This document shows positions 9,302 through 19,933 of a DNA stretch of 64,000 bases, piece by piece. Each line of letters begins with the position of its first letter. The stretch's first letter is position 1. The translations under genes and the position numbers were made by a program. Origin of the DNA: a virus. The stretch covers positions 1 to 64,000 of the IMG/VR virus record IMGVR_UViG_3300044732_000704. One strand, written 5' to 3'. Under the pieces are notes generated by a model, which worked only from the letters and a program-made list of their open reading frames with translations, did not search any database and had not been told where the DNA came from.

Positions 9302-10378
9302 TCAGACATCAAAGTTCAAATCTAAATTATCTGTATCATCAACAATGTTACCCACGTTGTAATCACTTAACTGTACTTCTTGAGCAGCCACTTGAATCAC
9401 ACCAGACTTTAGATACTTATTCATGTACGGTAGGGGGTTCTTTTCGATAAATGGTTGTTCTGCAACAAGGTCGAAGCTCTTATACAACGGAGTTGCCATG
9501 TACATTACAAACTCCCGAAGTAATACAGGACTCAACCCTACCACTCTACGACCATCGCTAAATAAATGCTCTGTCCATTTATGTTCCTGCTCAACTACGG
9601 CGTTAATAATAGCGTTGATTTCAGGCTTAATGATTAAGAACTCAGCATACCATTCAGGGTCTTTCAACAAATTCTTCAGCACAGTATAGTCCATCTTGGC
9701 GTGAAGCAACTCATCAAAACAGATCAATCCCACCAAACCGGCAATACCTTGAAACACTCCTGTCTCCGCAATGGCGAATGTCACAGCAAACGATGACATG
9801 AAACTAACTCCCTCAAAAGCCATTAAAGCAAACATCACTCGAAGTAATGCACGAATCTTGTCTTTACGTGGACTGTCTTCTTTCAATCTGTACAACGCAC
9901 CAAAAGCTTCTCCGATCACTTTAGAGCGCTTAATCACTTCTACATTACTATATGTCTTCTCCAACAAATCCTTAGCGTTAGGGATTGTCTGCTTAACGAT
10001 ATGAGCATACGTTCTACTGTGAATAATCTCAAAAAAACTCTGAATAGTCACCATAGCTTCAAGCTCACTGTTTGTGACATAGGGTAGTAGTAGTTCAGCC
10101 AACGACTTAGCCGCAATGCTATCTGCTGTGTATTGCCACATGATTGTCTCAACCATCAAATCTGTTGTTTCTTTAGGTAGAGTGAGCATATCCATTTTGT
10201 CTTGTGTGAGGTCATATTCAAACTCACTCCAGCGCTGACCAAACTGCTGTTGGTAAAGTTCTTCAATGTCGGGATAAGCTACATTCACTGAATCATACAA
10301 GCCTAACTTCTCGCCTAAGAACAATGGGTACTTACCTGTGACATAACCTTTATTATTTACGTTGAATACTTCTAACAT
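9302..10378 (-). CDS. nrdB: Ribonucleotide reductase class Ia, beta subunit
   Basis: EIIHSRTY, FEGVSFMSSF and DELLH di-iron motifs; QE...Y tail. Confidence 0.95.
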   Translation of the reverse strand: MLEVFNVNNKGYVTGKYPLFLGEKLGLYDSVNVAYPDIEELYQQQFGQRWSEFEYDLTQDKMDMLTLPKETTDLMVETIMWQYTADSIAAKSLAELLLPYVTNSELEAMVTIQSFFEIIHSRTYAHIVKQTIPNAKDLLEKTYSNVEVIKRSKVIGEAFGALYRLKEDSPRKDKIRALLRVMFALMAFEGVSFMSSFAVTFAIAETGVFQGIAGLVGLICFDELLHAKMDYTVLKNLLKDPEWYAEFLIIKPEINAIINAVVEQEHKWTEHLFSDGRRVVGLSPVLLREFVMYMATPLYKSFDLVAEQPFIEKNPLPYMNKYLKSGVIQVAAQEVQLSDYNVGNIVDDTDNLDLNFDV

Positions 10379-10394
10379 ATTTCCTCCAGAAATG

Positions 10395-10418
10395 AAAAAG
10401 GGAGCATTACGCTCCCTT
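10395..10418 (-). terminator. Terminator-like hairpin between nrdA and nrdB
   Basis: AAGGGAGC-GTAAT-GCTCCCTTTTT on the minus strand. Confidence 0.65.
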
Positions 10419-10422
10419 AAAA

Positions 10423-11340
10423 TTATAACTTACAAGATTCGCAACCATCTTCAGCTTCTACTGTGTTGTGTAACGTAGTAGCTCGTTTAGGTTTGGTGTT
10501 GACGTAATACCAAGTCTTGTTGCCTAGCTTGAAGTGAGTGACGAACTCCTTCATCAGAACAGACATAGGCACCTTACCATCGGGATAGTTCTCAGGAGCA
10601 CGGAACATATCACAGCTAGTGGCTTGGTCAGTGAAATCTTGTATTTCAGAATAATACTTCGACATCACATTATTGTCAATATCCCATGCAGTTAAATGTT
10701 TACCTTCAATGAACTCTTTACAAATAAACTGAACCACACCCTTACGGCACTTCTTATACACAATCTTCTCTCTAGGACTGTACACGGAGTTAGGTACACC
10801 GCTCAAAAGACTGCTGCTCTCGGTAGGCATGTGAGCAACAAGAACAGAATGTTTCCGTGGCTTACCTCGCAATACTTCCCAGTCGAACTTACAGTCTTTC
10901 TTTATTGCTGTGTCAATAGGTAGCCATTTCGCATCAATACCTTCCACAGCGAATCCAGAAGCCTCAGAGAGCTTTTGAGAGGCTTTTAGCAGATAGTAGT
11001 AGTGACGTTCAGCTAAATATCTAACGCGCTCTAAAGACTCTACAGACCCATCATAGTCAAGTTTATTGTTGTATAAGTCAACAGCCAATCCCAACATACC
11101 CACACCAACGGAACGGCGAGACATAATATCAGCTTTCATTGAATCTGTCATCATTGGTGCGCTCTCAATCATAATGTCGATAGCTTCCAATGTCAAATCG
11201 GCTATGTGCTCGTATTCATCATCCGTCACAGCAGCTACGTTGATTCCAGATAAAGAACAGAAAGCTGTTTCACCTGTAGCTTTGGACGAATAAAGCTCTT
11301 TCATACCTTTGTAGCCTTTTGTCGGTAATTGTATTTCCAT
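10423..11340 (-). CDS. nrdA: Ribonucleotide reductase alpha subunit, exon 2
   Basis: Continues SNLC|MEI; contains CSL, MPTESSS, KTWYY and C-terminal CESCKL. Confidence 0.95.
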   Translation of the reverse strand: MEIQLPTKGYKGMKELYSSKATGETAFCSLSGINVAAVTDDEYEHIADLTLEAIDIMIESAPMMTDSMKADIMSRRSVGVGMLGLAVDLYNNKLDYDGSVESLERVRYLAERHYYYLLKASQKLSEASGFAVEGIDAKWLPIDTAIKKDCKFDWEVLRGKPRKHSVLVAHMPTESSSLLSGVPNSVYSPREKIVYKKCRKGVVQFICKEFIEGKHLTAWDIDNNVMSKYYSEIQDFTDQATSCDMFRAPENYPDGKVPMSVLMKEFVTHFKLGNKTWYYVNTKPKRATTLHNTVEAEDGCESCKL

Positions 11341-11638
11341 CAGTTGTGTTCAGCAGAGTTCGCTAATCTCTACCAGCGGCTTTACCCGCATCTATATGTT
11401 GCCATATAGCTCAGACTATATCATGTAGGTTCTTTCACGTAACCTACCCCTCCGCTTCGCTACGCTTGTAGCTACTCTACTCCATTCTGTCACGTTCACA
11501 GTGTTTCGATAGTCGTTACGGGTTATCGGTATCCAGTAGAACTCCGTCAAGCGGAGGGAACATTCAACCGATCTTCCCACGGTATTGTCTCAAAGAGATG
11601 TTCACCGTTTTCAAAGGGTTTATTCTGTGCCAAGATTA
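11341..11638 (-). ncRNA. ORF-less group I intron (IA2-like), 298 nt, in nrdA
   Basis: Exon ends in U and intron ends in G; P1 CUGUGU/GCACAG; P4 ACGGU/ACCGU; P7 GACUA/UAGUC; removal restores QSNLC-MEI in frame. Confidence 0.93.
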
Positions 11639-12892
11639 ACACAGATTACTTTGTCTAATTGTATCCAAGAACGGAGTATGTTTATTTGCCCTGCTCACAT
11701 TGATTGCATAGAAACGTCCTGTCTCTTGTCTGATTGTAAGGAAAGCTTTTAACATCTCACGAGCTTTAACTTTCTTGTGCTTCGTATCAACCTTCAGCAA
11801 CTTCTCTACAGCTTTGTTGTAGGTATCCATATCTGCCGTATAGAACAAATCATACAGCTTCGGTGCATCAGACAGACTAAACATATACCAGTCTGTATCA
11901 GTCACTACAGCATTGAAGAATGCGTCATTGAAAGCAAACGAATAATCCAGCTTGTCAATACGTGTTTCAAAATCTGTTAGCTGAGATTTCCAGTTAAACA
12001 CATCCATCACTTCTGGATTGATACACTGCACAGTCACTGTAGCGTTACCACCACGAGTGATTTGTGTTAGTGCTTTCACTTCCCCGTTCAATGCTTTGTA
12101 AATAGGACTCAACCCTAAGTGAGCTACACGACCACCTTTCACCGGAGAATGTTTAGTACGTAATGTGTACTCAATACCAATACCTGCTTTCTTAGCTGTC
12201 ATCCGATAAGCGATGTGATTAGCTACACCAATAGACTCGGTAGAGTCACCAGCACTAATTACACAGCAACTGATTGTATCCCAATCGCCATTACGCAGAC
12301 CATTCAAAGCTGGAGTAGGTAGATTAATCTTACCCTTCACCAACGCTTTCATAAAGTTAAAAGCTTTTTGTGTATCACCGAACAAAGCAACAGAGATACC
12401 GAAGTATGCTAAGTGAGGTGTCTCAATTATTACATCATTAATCTTACAAGCGTACTTGTCCGTGAACTGCTTTACCTGCCAGTACTCTAAACGTGTCTGC
12501 TTAATCTCGTTATACCAATCTTCCCAGACTGGATTGTATGGAGGAATGTAATCACTATCCCATACAGAGAAATCTTCATACGCTTGTAGAATATCTTTCA
12601 AGCTATCTCGATCATCGACACCAAAGACATACTTCATGTTCTTACGAATTGTAGCAAACTCTAAACGGCTCGCTACACGACTATATTCAAGATTCTCTTT
12701 ATCAATACAAACATCAATCATTGTCTGGTGAATGTCAACTGTAGAGATTTTATCTGTCAGCTTTTTATATGTCTCAAATGCAATGTCTGACCAATTACCA
12801 CCAACCTCTGTTGCATATTCAGCCCAGCGATTAAACTTGTCTGTGTCAAACGGAACCACTTCACCATTACGCTTAGTTACTGAACTAATCAT
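11639..12892 (-). CDS. nrdA: Ribonucleotide reductase alpha subunit, exon 1 (spliced product 723 aa)
   Basis: ATP cone VTKRNG; PTP, SCC and AGIG motifs; ends at the catalytic SNLC. Confidence 0.95.
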
Positions 12893-13089
12893 ACAACCAC
12901 CACAACACCATCCTGCATCACTACAGGAACAGAACGAAACCCTTGTTCTTTCAAGAATGCTAACGCTTCTGGGTTTTCTTCTAACTTAATCTCTGTGAAC
13001 TCTTTCCCCTGAGCTTTAAGCTTATTCTTCACAGTAACACAATTAGGACATACGTTTTTACTAAATACTACTAACCCTTCAGAATACAT
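12889..13089 (-). CDS. Glutaredoxin (NrdH-like)
   Basis: CPNC and RSVPV motifs. Confidence 0.9.
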   Translation of the reverse strand: MYSEGLVVFSKNVCPNCVTVKNKLKAQGKEFTEIKLEENPEALAFLKEQGFRSVPVVMQDGVVVVV

Positions 13090-13091
13090 TA

Positions 13092-13460
13092 TTACTCCTT
13101 CAATCCTAATGCTTTGAAAAATTCTTCATTGTACTCGAACAGATACTTCACCATATTGTCTTTACCACGTTTCTTCCATGCTTCGTCACTGCGCTCATAC
13201 CCACTATAGATATAACCACCCGTCTGTTCAAGGTTAGTGATAGGAGAACGAAAGGTTTGTCCATCAGCTAACTCTAAACGCTCATAAGGTCGGTTAGTAT
13301 CAACACCAAACAAATGAAGCATTGCCTTAATAAGCTTATCGTCTTGTGTAGCGCAATACCCTTGCTTACATACTTCTGTGTTAGCTAAATCAACTAATGC
13401 TACATTGTAATTAAAATCGAAGTACTTGTCATCAATTTTTGGTAAATCTTTCAGATCCAT
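13092..13460 (-). CDS. Hypothetical protein
   Basis: In operon, translationally coupled. Confidence 0.65.
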   Translation of the reverse strand: MDLKDLPKIDDKYFDFNYNVALVDLANTEVCKQGYCATQDDKLIKAMLHLFGVDTNRPYERLELADGQTFRSPITNLEQTGGYIYSGYERSDEAWKKRGKDNMVKYLFEYNEEFFKALGLKE

Positions 13461-14152
13461 TATTGTTGCTCCGTTAATACTTTACTCAGTGAAGGGAAAT
13501 ACTTCAGTAAGAATCCTTTAGCTGCGTCAGCAATGTCACAATGTTCATCTTGCGTTACCCCACGTTCAGAACGTAATCCTGTGTAATGAATCCATGTGCG
13601 AACTGTACCATTCATATACATAGCTGACATAGTAAGACCTTCCGGCATAAATACACGAGTGCATTCTTTTGCAGCATCACGACTGCGCCACTTCTTAACT
13701 TTAGCCTGAATTAGTTGGATGACTTCTTCTTGGTCAGCATACCACTCGGTTTCATCTTCTTGACTGAATGCACCAGCGATTGAATTCTGACGATTCTTTG
13801 TATCTTGTTTACGCAGCTCTCGCAGACAGAACATATCATCTGTTACATCAGCATACCGCTGGCTAAACTCTTGAAACTTAGCTGAGCTATGCCGCAGTAC
13901 TTGGCGGCTAATATCACGAGGAGCTTTAATCTCCAACACTAAGTTAGCCATATCAAACACAGACCAATGACCATTACGAGCGCAATAGGCTAACAGCTTG
14001 TCTGCTGTGTCAAAATCTAGTTGATTGTTTGGATTACTTACACGAGCTTGATAACTGATTAAGCCTTCACTATCGGGGATATAATCAACCAAAGGGACTG
14101 TAATACCGATTGCGTTTACTTCATACTTATCTTTAAAATGTTCTACCTTCAA
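13460..14152 (-). CDS. thyX: Flavin-dependent thymidylate synthase
   Basis: HWSVFD, RH-x7-SQRY and QDxKNRQNS motifs. Confidence 0.95.
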   Translation of the reverse strand: MKVEHFKDKYEVNAIGITVPLVDYIPDSEGLISYQARVSNPNNQLDFDTADKLLAYCARNGHWSVFDMANLVLEIKAPRDISRQVLRHSSAKFQEFSQRYADVTDDMFCLRELRKQDTKNRQNSIAGAFSQEDETEWYADQEEVIQLIQAKVKKWRSRDAAKECTRVFMPEGLTMSAMYMNGTVRTWIHYTGLRSERGVTQDEHCDIADAAKGFLLKYFPSLSKVLTEQQ

Positions 14153-14156
14153 ACTA

Positions 14157-14345
14157 CTACTCCTTGTTTAGTTCAACAAACTTCACATTCTCTAAACCAA
14201 TCTTACGCCGATACCGATTGAAAAGCAAGCTTAACATTTGTGTATCTCTATTCGCAATACTAACAGCTTTAATCACTCCACGAAATACACTATGATTTGT
14301 TGATACATATTCAAATGACCATTCAGTGATAATTGGTTCAATCAT
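14157..14345 (-). CDS. Hypothetical protein
   Basis: Overlap-coupled ORF. Confidence 0.5.
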   Translation of the reverse strand: MIEPIITEWSFEYVSTNHSVFRGVIKAVSIANRDTQMLSLLFNRYRRKIGLENVKFVELNKE

Positions 14346-14701
14346 AAGCTCTCCAACACTTCACGTTCAGCGGTTAAGTCACGAGTGAAAGCATCTTCTT
14401 CCGTGAACTTGTCAGGGAAGCGTGTCTTCAGTTTACTAATCACCCGATTCATCTCTGTTTCAAAGTCTGTGTCTAGCTCATCAAACAGAATAGCCAGATA
14501 CCAAAGAATATCACCAGCTTCTTCTTTAATGTTTACAACATCTAATTCTTTGCCATAATACTTTGCTTTCTTCAAAGCATCTTGTAACTCACCAGCTTCA
14601 GTTACACACCCGTCAATAGCATGTTCAATACGGTGATTCTGTGGAAAGTAGTTCGGCGACTCTGTACGAATTGCATCTTTGATAAATTGTTTACTGTTCA
14701 C
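14342..14701 (-). CDS. MazG-like NTP pyrophosphohydrolase
   Basis: EAGE...KK...EEAGDILWY...KLKTRFP motifs. Confidence 0.85.
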   Translation of the reverse strand: MNSKQFIKDAIRTESPNYFPQNHRIEHAIDGCVTEAGELQDALKKAKYYGKELDVVNIKEEAGDILWYLAILFDELDTDFETEMNRVISKLKTRFPDKFTEEDAFTRDLTAEREVLESL

Positions 14702-14895
14702 TAATTCACTCCTTTATAAATAAGTGTAATCTTCAGAGATTATTTCACCATTCAACATCACTTGAATAACTATGACATCATCGCAGTTTCGAGAATCTTT
14801 ATATATTCGCACACTCAATTGTTCTAGTAACAACTCTCTTACGTAGTTGTCAAATTCGTCTTTGGTATCTAGTGACAATTTCACTAATTCTCTCC

Positions 14896-15600
14896 TTATT
14901 TAATACGAGCTTTGATGAAGTAACTTTTCGGAGCTGCGCTATGTTTTCCATCGACACTGAAGCCAAAGCAATAACCACTGAAAAATACTTCATCCGTAAC
15001 CTTAGTGACAGTATTAACATATCCATAATTGTCTAAGAATTCCCAACCTTCTTCCATAGCCTGTTGCCAATCTTCAAGAGTCATTTCTGAAATTGGTCTG
15101 AATTGTTGTTCTTTCTGTTTACCCGCCAAGCTATCATAGGCAGCAAATAAGGTGTCTAACTGATCCAACAGTTCACCTTCTCGTGTAGAACCACCATCAC
15201 CTTTTTTATAAGAATGATGTTTCAGCATCTTCTCATTCAATGCACGATAGGTAGATGCTTGTTGACCTAAAGCTGTGTAATCTGTTTCTAATGTAATCTC
15301 AGCAACAAGCTCACGAAGCATATTTATTTCGTCAATCAGTGAATCGTATTCCTCTTGAGTGATACGCACAAACGCATCTGATTGCTTGATGATTACTTCT
15401 GGGTCTTGTTCTTCGGCGGTTTCATCAACAACTTTCCAAATACCCTCTTTAATTCTGGAAATAATGTCATCTTCGCTATACACGGTAGTAGACCACCCTG
15501 TCCGTAGGTTAGTTACTTCTGGATACCCATCACCCAACATAACAACGTTGTATGTGTTTCCTGACACAGCAAACTTAAACGGAAACTTTAATTCACTCAT
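14896..15600 (-). CDS. Hypothetical protein
   Basis: GAGGAG RBS; promoter upstream. Confidence 0.7.
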   Translation of the reverse strand: MSELKFPFKFAVSGNTYNVVMLGDGYPEVTNLRTGWSTTVYSEDDIISRIKEGIWKVVDETAEEQDPEVIIKQSDAFVRITQEEYDSLIDEINMLRELVAEITLETDYTALGQQASTYRALNEKMLKHHSYKKGDGGSTREGELLDQLDTLFAAYDSLAGKQKEQQFRPISEMTLEDWQQAMEEGWEFLDNYGYVNTVTKVTDEVFFSGYCFGFSVDGKHSAAPKSYFIKARIK

Positions 15601-15645
15601 ATTTCTCTCCTCATTATTGACACAGGAACGTGTTGTCAGGCTATT

Positions 15646-15674
15646 ATTCTACACAACTTCAATTCCCGTGTCAA
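15646..15674 (-). promoter_or_regulatory. sigma70-type promoter
   Basis: TTGACA-17 bp-TAGAAT. Confidence 0.7.
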
Positions 15675-15692
15675 GCGTTTGTTTAGGTTTAT

Positions 15693-16658
15693 TTAGCTTA
15701 CTACATTGAGATGCAAAGCATCCCGTTCTTCTTTAGTGAACAAGTTCTTACTGCTTCGTGTAGTTGCGCCACAATCTAAACAACGGTACTGCTGAAACTT
15801 ACTCTTAGACGTAAAAGCAAAACCATCTTCGACAACAGACTTACTACCACAACGACAAACATGCTCACCAATATCGCCAAACAGGTTCAGGTTTGGATGC
15901 GTCTTATCCCAAGGAGCTAACTTGATGTAAAGTTCTTCCAGTGACAACACATCATATTTGTTATATGTCTCGCATTCTTCCCAAGCCTCAATATTATCAT
16001 TAAGCATCTGTTTCCACAACTCAAACCCTGAGAACTTGTTGTGTTTCTGCTTCTTGTATTTGACGCACAATTTATCCGTCATCCACTCCAATTTGTTAGA
16101 AGTGAAACCAAACACAGCTTTAGCAATCTGTAATGTATCAATATGCTTGAATGGTCGTGGTGGCTGATAACCCTTCAGAATGAAACGGGCGTTTAGTTTC
16201 TTAGCATCGAACTTTTTAGAGTTCTGTCCAATCACTACATCAGCTTCATTAATGAGATTCCACATCATATCCAAAATAACACTGTCATCTTCTTGACTGA
16301 CCACACCACGTAAATCTCTATAGAAAATTTCAGACTCATCTGAACCTAACCACTTTGCGGCTGCTGACAGAATAAACCATTCACCTTCGATTTGATTAAG
16401 ACCTACGTTCTGTTGCCACAGCCCCCAAGTGTATGAGCGAAGCGGTGCAGTCTCAATATCAAGAAGCAACACCTTAGCACCTTTCGGCTGAGATAGCGCC
16501 TCAGAATCGTTCTCAGAGCGTTTTAAGCTACTAATGTATTCATTCACCTGCGACTTTCCACGACCCAACATCTTAGCAATCGTTCTGCCTGATTGTACAC
16601 CAGTAGCTAATAACTCGTCAACCTTACTGTGCCACTCTTTACGTTTAATATTAGTCAT
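15693..16658 (-). CDS. DnaQ/RNase H-like 3'-5' exonuclease with N-terminal HTH and C-terminal Zn ribbon
   Basis: LDIET, QNSKKFD and YNKYDV motifs; CRC...CLDC. Confidence 0.85.
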   Translation of the reverse strand: MTNIKRKEWHSKVDELLATGVQSGRTIAKMLGRGKSQVNEYISSLKRSENDSEALSQPKGAKVLLLDIETAPLRSYTWGLWQQNVGLNQIEGEWFILSAAAKWLGSDESEIFYRDLRGVVSQEDDSVILDMMWNLINEADVVIGQNSKKFDAKKLNARFILKGYQPPRPFKHIDTLQIAKAVFGFTSNKLEWMTDKLCVKYKKQKHNKFSGFELWKQMLNDNIEAWEECETYNKYDVLSLEELYIKLAPWDKTHPNLNLFGDIGEHVCRCGSKSVVEDGFAFTSKSKFQQYRCLDCGATTRSSKNLFTKEERDALHLNVVS

Positions 16659-16863
16659 TGCGCATTAACTCCCGTTGCAATAAAACAATTTCATTTTCTA
16701 AACTACGAATAGTTCCACGAAGCTCTAAGATTTCTTCATCTTTCTCTAAGAGCTTTTCTTCATACTCATCTTCTAATTCATCTGTAGCTTTCTCAACAGC
16801 TTCTTCAATAAGAATCTTTACAGCAAGTTCAATATCTTCTACGTGTCGAATTGGGATATGCAC
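16651..16863 (-). CDS. Acidic coiled-coil protein
   Basis: In operon. Confidence 0.6.
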   Translation of the reverse strand: MHIPIRHVEDIELAVKILIEEAVEKATDELEDEYEEKLLEKDEEILELRGTIRSLENEIVLLQRELMRND

Positions 16864-17172
16864 TTACACATCCTCCCGTAATTTAGCTAATACACCTTCA
16901 ACGTTTAGTTCGTCTGAGTGTTGTAGAATACTCAGAAGTTCTTCTCTGTGTTCAATAAACAAATCGTAGAACTCAGCAGGGTCACAGCCTGTGTATTCTA
17001 CAATGTCAAATAAGAAATTATACAAAGCATCATTCAATTCATATTCTGCTTTCAATACCACAAATTGCTGTACGTTGAATAATCGTCCCTGTAGCTCAGG
17101 GAACAGTTTGTATAATGTTCCATTCTCTAAGAGTTCTGTAAACTCATGTGTTGTTAGTTGGTAAATACTCAT
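16864..17172 (-). CDS. Hypothetical protein
   Basis: AAGGAG RBS. Confidence 0.65.
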   Translation of the reverse strand: MSIYQLTTHEFTELLENGTLYKLFPELQGRLFNVQQFVVLKAEYELNDALYNFLFDIVEYTGCDPAEFYDLFIEHREELLSILQHSDELNVEGVLAKLREDV

Positions 17173-17705
17173 TTATTCTCCTTCAGATATTCTCTGATTT
17201 GTTCTTTACGTTTTGCTGCATTTGAAGCGGGGGTAATTTCCTTTTCAAGAAGAAATTCACGATCCTTTTTTGCCTTACAGATTTCAATGATCGTCTTTTC
17301 AAGAATTGCCTCGTCGTATGTTATTCCTTGTCGTTCTGCATAACTCTTGGCCTTATGCGCTTCTGGGCTGACTAACTGCAAACTGTTTGGTGGCGGAATT
17401 AAGTGCTTGATAAAATCAAGAATGTCTGCTTCGTCATTCAGCGGTACATTACCAATTATGTGATCCACTTGAAGCTTACTTTTTCCTTCCCATTCCCCAG
17501 ACAACGCACAGTAAGCACCAGACTTAGCTCTGCCTGTGTAATCTTCAGGTGGTGGTGAGCAATTCAGATTCTTGAACGTTATCTTAATCGGAGATGTATT
17601 CCAAACAGCTTTACGTAATGAGCCACGTAAGTAGGTGTAGAAACTACTCTTTGTGGGCCATAATTCAGGATACCAAAGCCACGGCTCAAACTCATCATTC
17701 AACAT
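17169..17705 (-). CDS. HNH endonuclease (start moved to MLND)
   Basis: LRKAVW...QVDHI...LQLVSPEAHKAKS; AAGGAG RBS. Confidence 0.75.
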   Translation of the reverse strand: MLNDEFEPWLWYPELWPTKSSFYTYLRGSLRKAVWNTSPIKITFKNLNCSPPPEDYTGRAKSGAYCALSGEWEGKSKLQVDHIIGNVPLNDEADILDFIKHLIPPPNSLQLVSPEAHKAKSYAERQGITYDEAILEKTIIEICKAKKDREFLLEKEITPASNAAKRKEQIREYLKENK

Positions 17706-18654
17706 TACGATACTCCTTGTGATGATAAATGTTAGTAAAATATTTAGTAAAACCCTCATATACGCGAGGTAGTTTAAAAGTAAAATTTGATAAGTCAATA
17801 TCAACATTAGTAAATGAAATTCTAGTTTTGTTCACTATACCTTCTACCAAAATATTGTTACCAAACAAGTAGTAAATAAAATCTTCGGTTGATATTCCAC
17901 ACTTCTTTACCAAAGCAAGAAAGTTAGGTGGTGACACAAATACATCTTTGATGTTATACTCCACGCCATCGAAAATTAAAAAATATTTCTTAGTTTTCAC
18001 TGGAAGCACTAACGCATCGGTCAAAGACATACCAAGTTTTGTTATCCTATCATGCAATATTGAAGGGTTAAGATTGTACTTCTCTGCCATAGCGGCCAGA
18101 TGTAATTCTTCCTCACCGTCATTTATAATATGTGGTTTACCTACTTGCCCCTCAGCAAAACGACGATTCACCACCTGCTCAGATCGGGTAGACCATTTGC
18201 AATTACTTTTGTTGTAATCACCATTGTTGTCTATTCTATCAATTTCTAACCCTTCGATAAAAGAATCTTCCATGTCTTCCAGAAAATTATAAAACCCTTT
18301 TGGGTTAGTAAAACCCCACTCATCGCATACCTTAATTCCCCTTCCACCATAATGCTTGTAATCTTTTCTATTTTCATTTAAACATCTTCTGTTCATAGAG
18401 TGCCAAACATCATAAAGTTTGTGTGAAGACAATCCGTGAGTTCTGTTGAGCTTCGACGCTTGTTCAGCCGCAAAACATCCACAGGAAGTGGAGTCGCCAT
18501 TAAGTAAGCTGTCTTGTCTAACTATCTTAGTCTCACCGCAAACACATAAGCATTTTGCCTTATAATACCTACCTAAACGTTGAACATCGGTAATTGTCCA
18601 CCTACCGTATGTTTCACCGATATTTATTTTAGGAGGTAACTGTTGTCTACCCAT
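17695..18654 (-). CDS. Free-standing HNH homing endonuclease
   Basis: CxCG/SCGC, YGGRGIKVC and IDRIDNNGDY...NCKW motifs. Confidence 0.85.
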   Translation of the reverse strand: MGRQQLPPKINIGETYGRWTITDVQRLGRYYKAKCLCVCGETKIVRQDSLLNGDSTSCGCFAAEQASKLNRTHGLSSHKLYDVWHSMNRRCLNENRKDYKHYGGRGIKVCDEWGFTNPKGFYNFLEDMEDSFIEGLEIDRIDNNGDYNKSNCKWSTRSEQVVNRRFAEGQVGKPHIINDGEEELHLAAMAEKYNLNPSILHDRITKLGMSLTDALVLPVKTKKYFLIFDGVEYNIKDVFVSPPNFLALVKKCGISTEDFIYYLFGNNILVEGIVNKTRISFTNVDIDLSNFTFKLPRVYEGFTKYFTNIYHHKEYRNVE

Positions 18655-19759
18655 AATTCACCCCTAATTTATTAAATGTGTTGACTATGTTATACACACC
18701 AGCTTCATTGTAGTTTCGAAGCATATACAAAAGCATAGCATTCTCCTTTAACATATCCAACCAATTTCGTTTACTAACTTGACCTCTGTGAGATGTAAAC
18801 TCAAACTCACTTTCTCCGTAATACGTCTTATACGCCTCTACAACACGTTCATACATTTGTTTAGGTGTTTCACAATCTTCCAAGATTTGAAGTGCTGTGG
18901 CCTTACCTACACCGCGTGGTTTAGCTAGTCCATACTTAGCGCAAAAATCGGGGTTCAGATTAGGTAGACCTTGTATATTATCAGTTGATAAATCTCCACT
19001 GAGCATTTGTGCAGCAAATGCTCTTGCACAATCCTCTATACTCGGTGTAGTAATCCCTTCCTCAACCTTATCATAATTAAATGATGGACAAGGTGTCATA
19101 CGCAAGTCTTTATCAACAAAGGAGATAACGTATTTATGTTTACCTGTTTTTAAGAAATGTTTATATGACTCCCAACCTTTGATGCTAATTTCGTCATCCA
19201 TTTCTAAGCCATCTTTAGCTACTAATACCTTGTTTCTGTACTTCTGAATAAAAGCCTCTCGCAACTCAAGGAACAAGATTGGTTTAGGTTTCCTAGCACC
19301 TTTATAGGGTAGGATATGTGCTACCTCATACCGAAAATTAGGTTCGAGACTTCCTATTCCGAGAACATAGGTCTTAGCCTTACTTGCCTTCTTAATGTCC
19401 CCAACTTTGTAATCAATCTGACTCAGACCATATTCAATTATTGTCATCTCTGGGTCTGGGGATTCTTTGACTCTTGCTGCTGTTTCAATTACGTAATCAT
19501 CTGCCGAAATTGGTGGTAAGCCTTTCTCCAAGCGCTCTTTATTTTGTTCTCCAATCCATCCACCATCTCTAGCTTTACCTCTGCCATAAAAAGCGGTTAC
19601 GTTTTTAAACTCTTTCTTTTTACCACGTTTGTTCGTTACAACAATATAATCTTCTTGAAGCATCTTGGCTGAACGAAATAACACTGTGTCAAAATCAACA
19701 TAGCAGACTTCATATTCATAAGCAATATCTTCAGAAGATTCGTTTGGTTTAAATACCAT
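18647..19759 (-). CDS. 5'-3' exonuclease (T7 gp6/FEN-like)
   Basis: DFD, YKGAR, EMDD, DKDL and GDxSTDNIQGL motifs. Confidence 0.9.
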   Translation of the reverse strand: MVFKPNESSEDIAYEYEVCYVDFDTVLFRSAKMLQEDYIVVTNKRGKKKEFKNVTAFYGRGKARDGGWIGEQNKERLEKGLPPISADDYVIETAARVKESPDPEMTIIEYGLSQIDYKVGDIKKASKAKTYVLGIGSLEPNFRYEVAHILPYKGARKPKPILFLELREAFIQKYRNKVLVAKDGLEMDDEISIKGWESYKHFLKTGKHKYVISFVDKDLRMTPCPSFNYDKVEEGITTPSIEDCARAFAAQMLSGDLSTDNIQGLPNLNPDFCAKYGLAKPRGVGKATALQILEDCETPKQMYERVVEAYKTYYGESEFEFTSHRGQVSKRNWLDMLKENAMLLYMLRNYNEAGVYNIVNTFNKLGVNYG

Positions 19760-19933
19760 CTAAATCCTCTCCAATTTACTAAGAAACCCTTTAGCTGTAA
19801 AACTCAATTCTGCAAGAATGCGTTTGAGTCGTTTATTTTCTTTCTCTGAAGCATCTAACAACTGCTCTAATTGATGTACTTTGTTCATGTAGTGCAGTAG
19901 GTCTAATTGTTCTTTACTCATCTTCTCTCCTCC

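Noticed and set aside
10423-12892. nrdA as a pseudogene or two-subunit split gene
   Set aside because: The gap is a canonical group I intron whose removal restores the frame.
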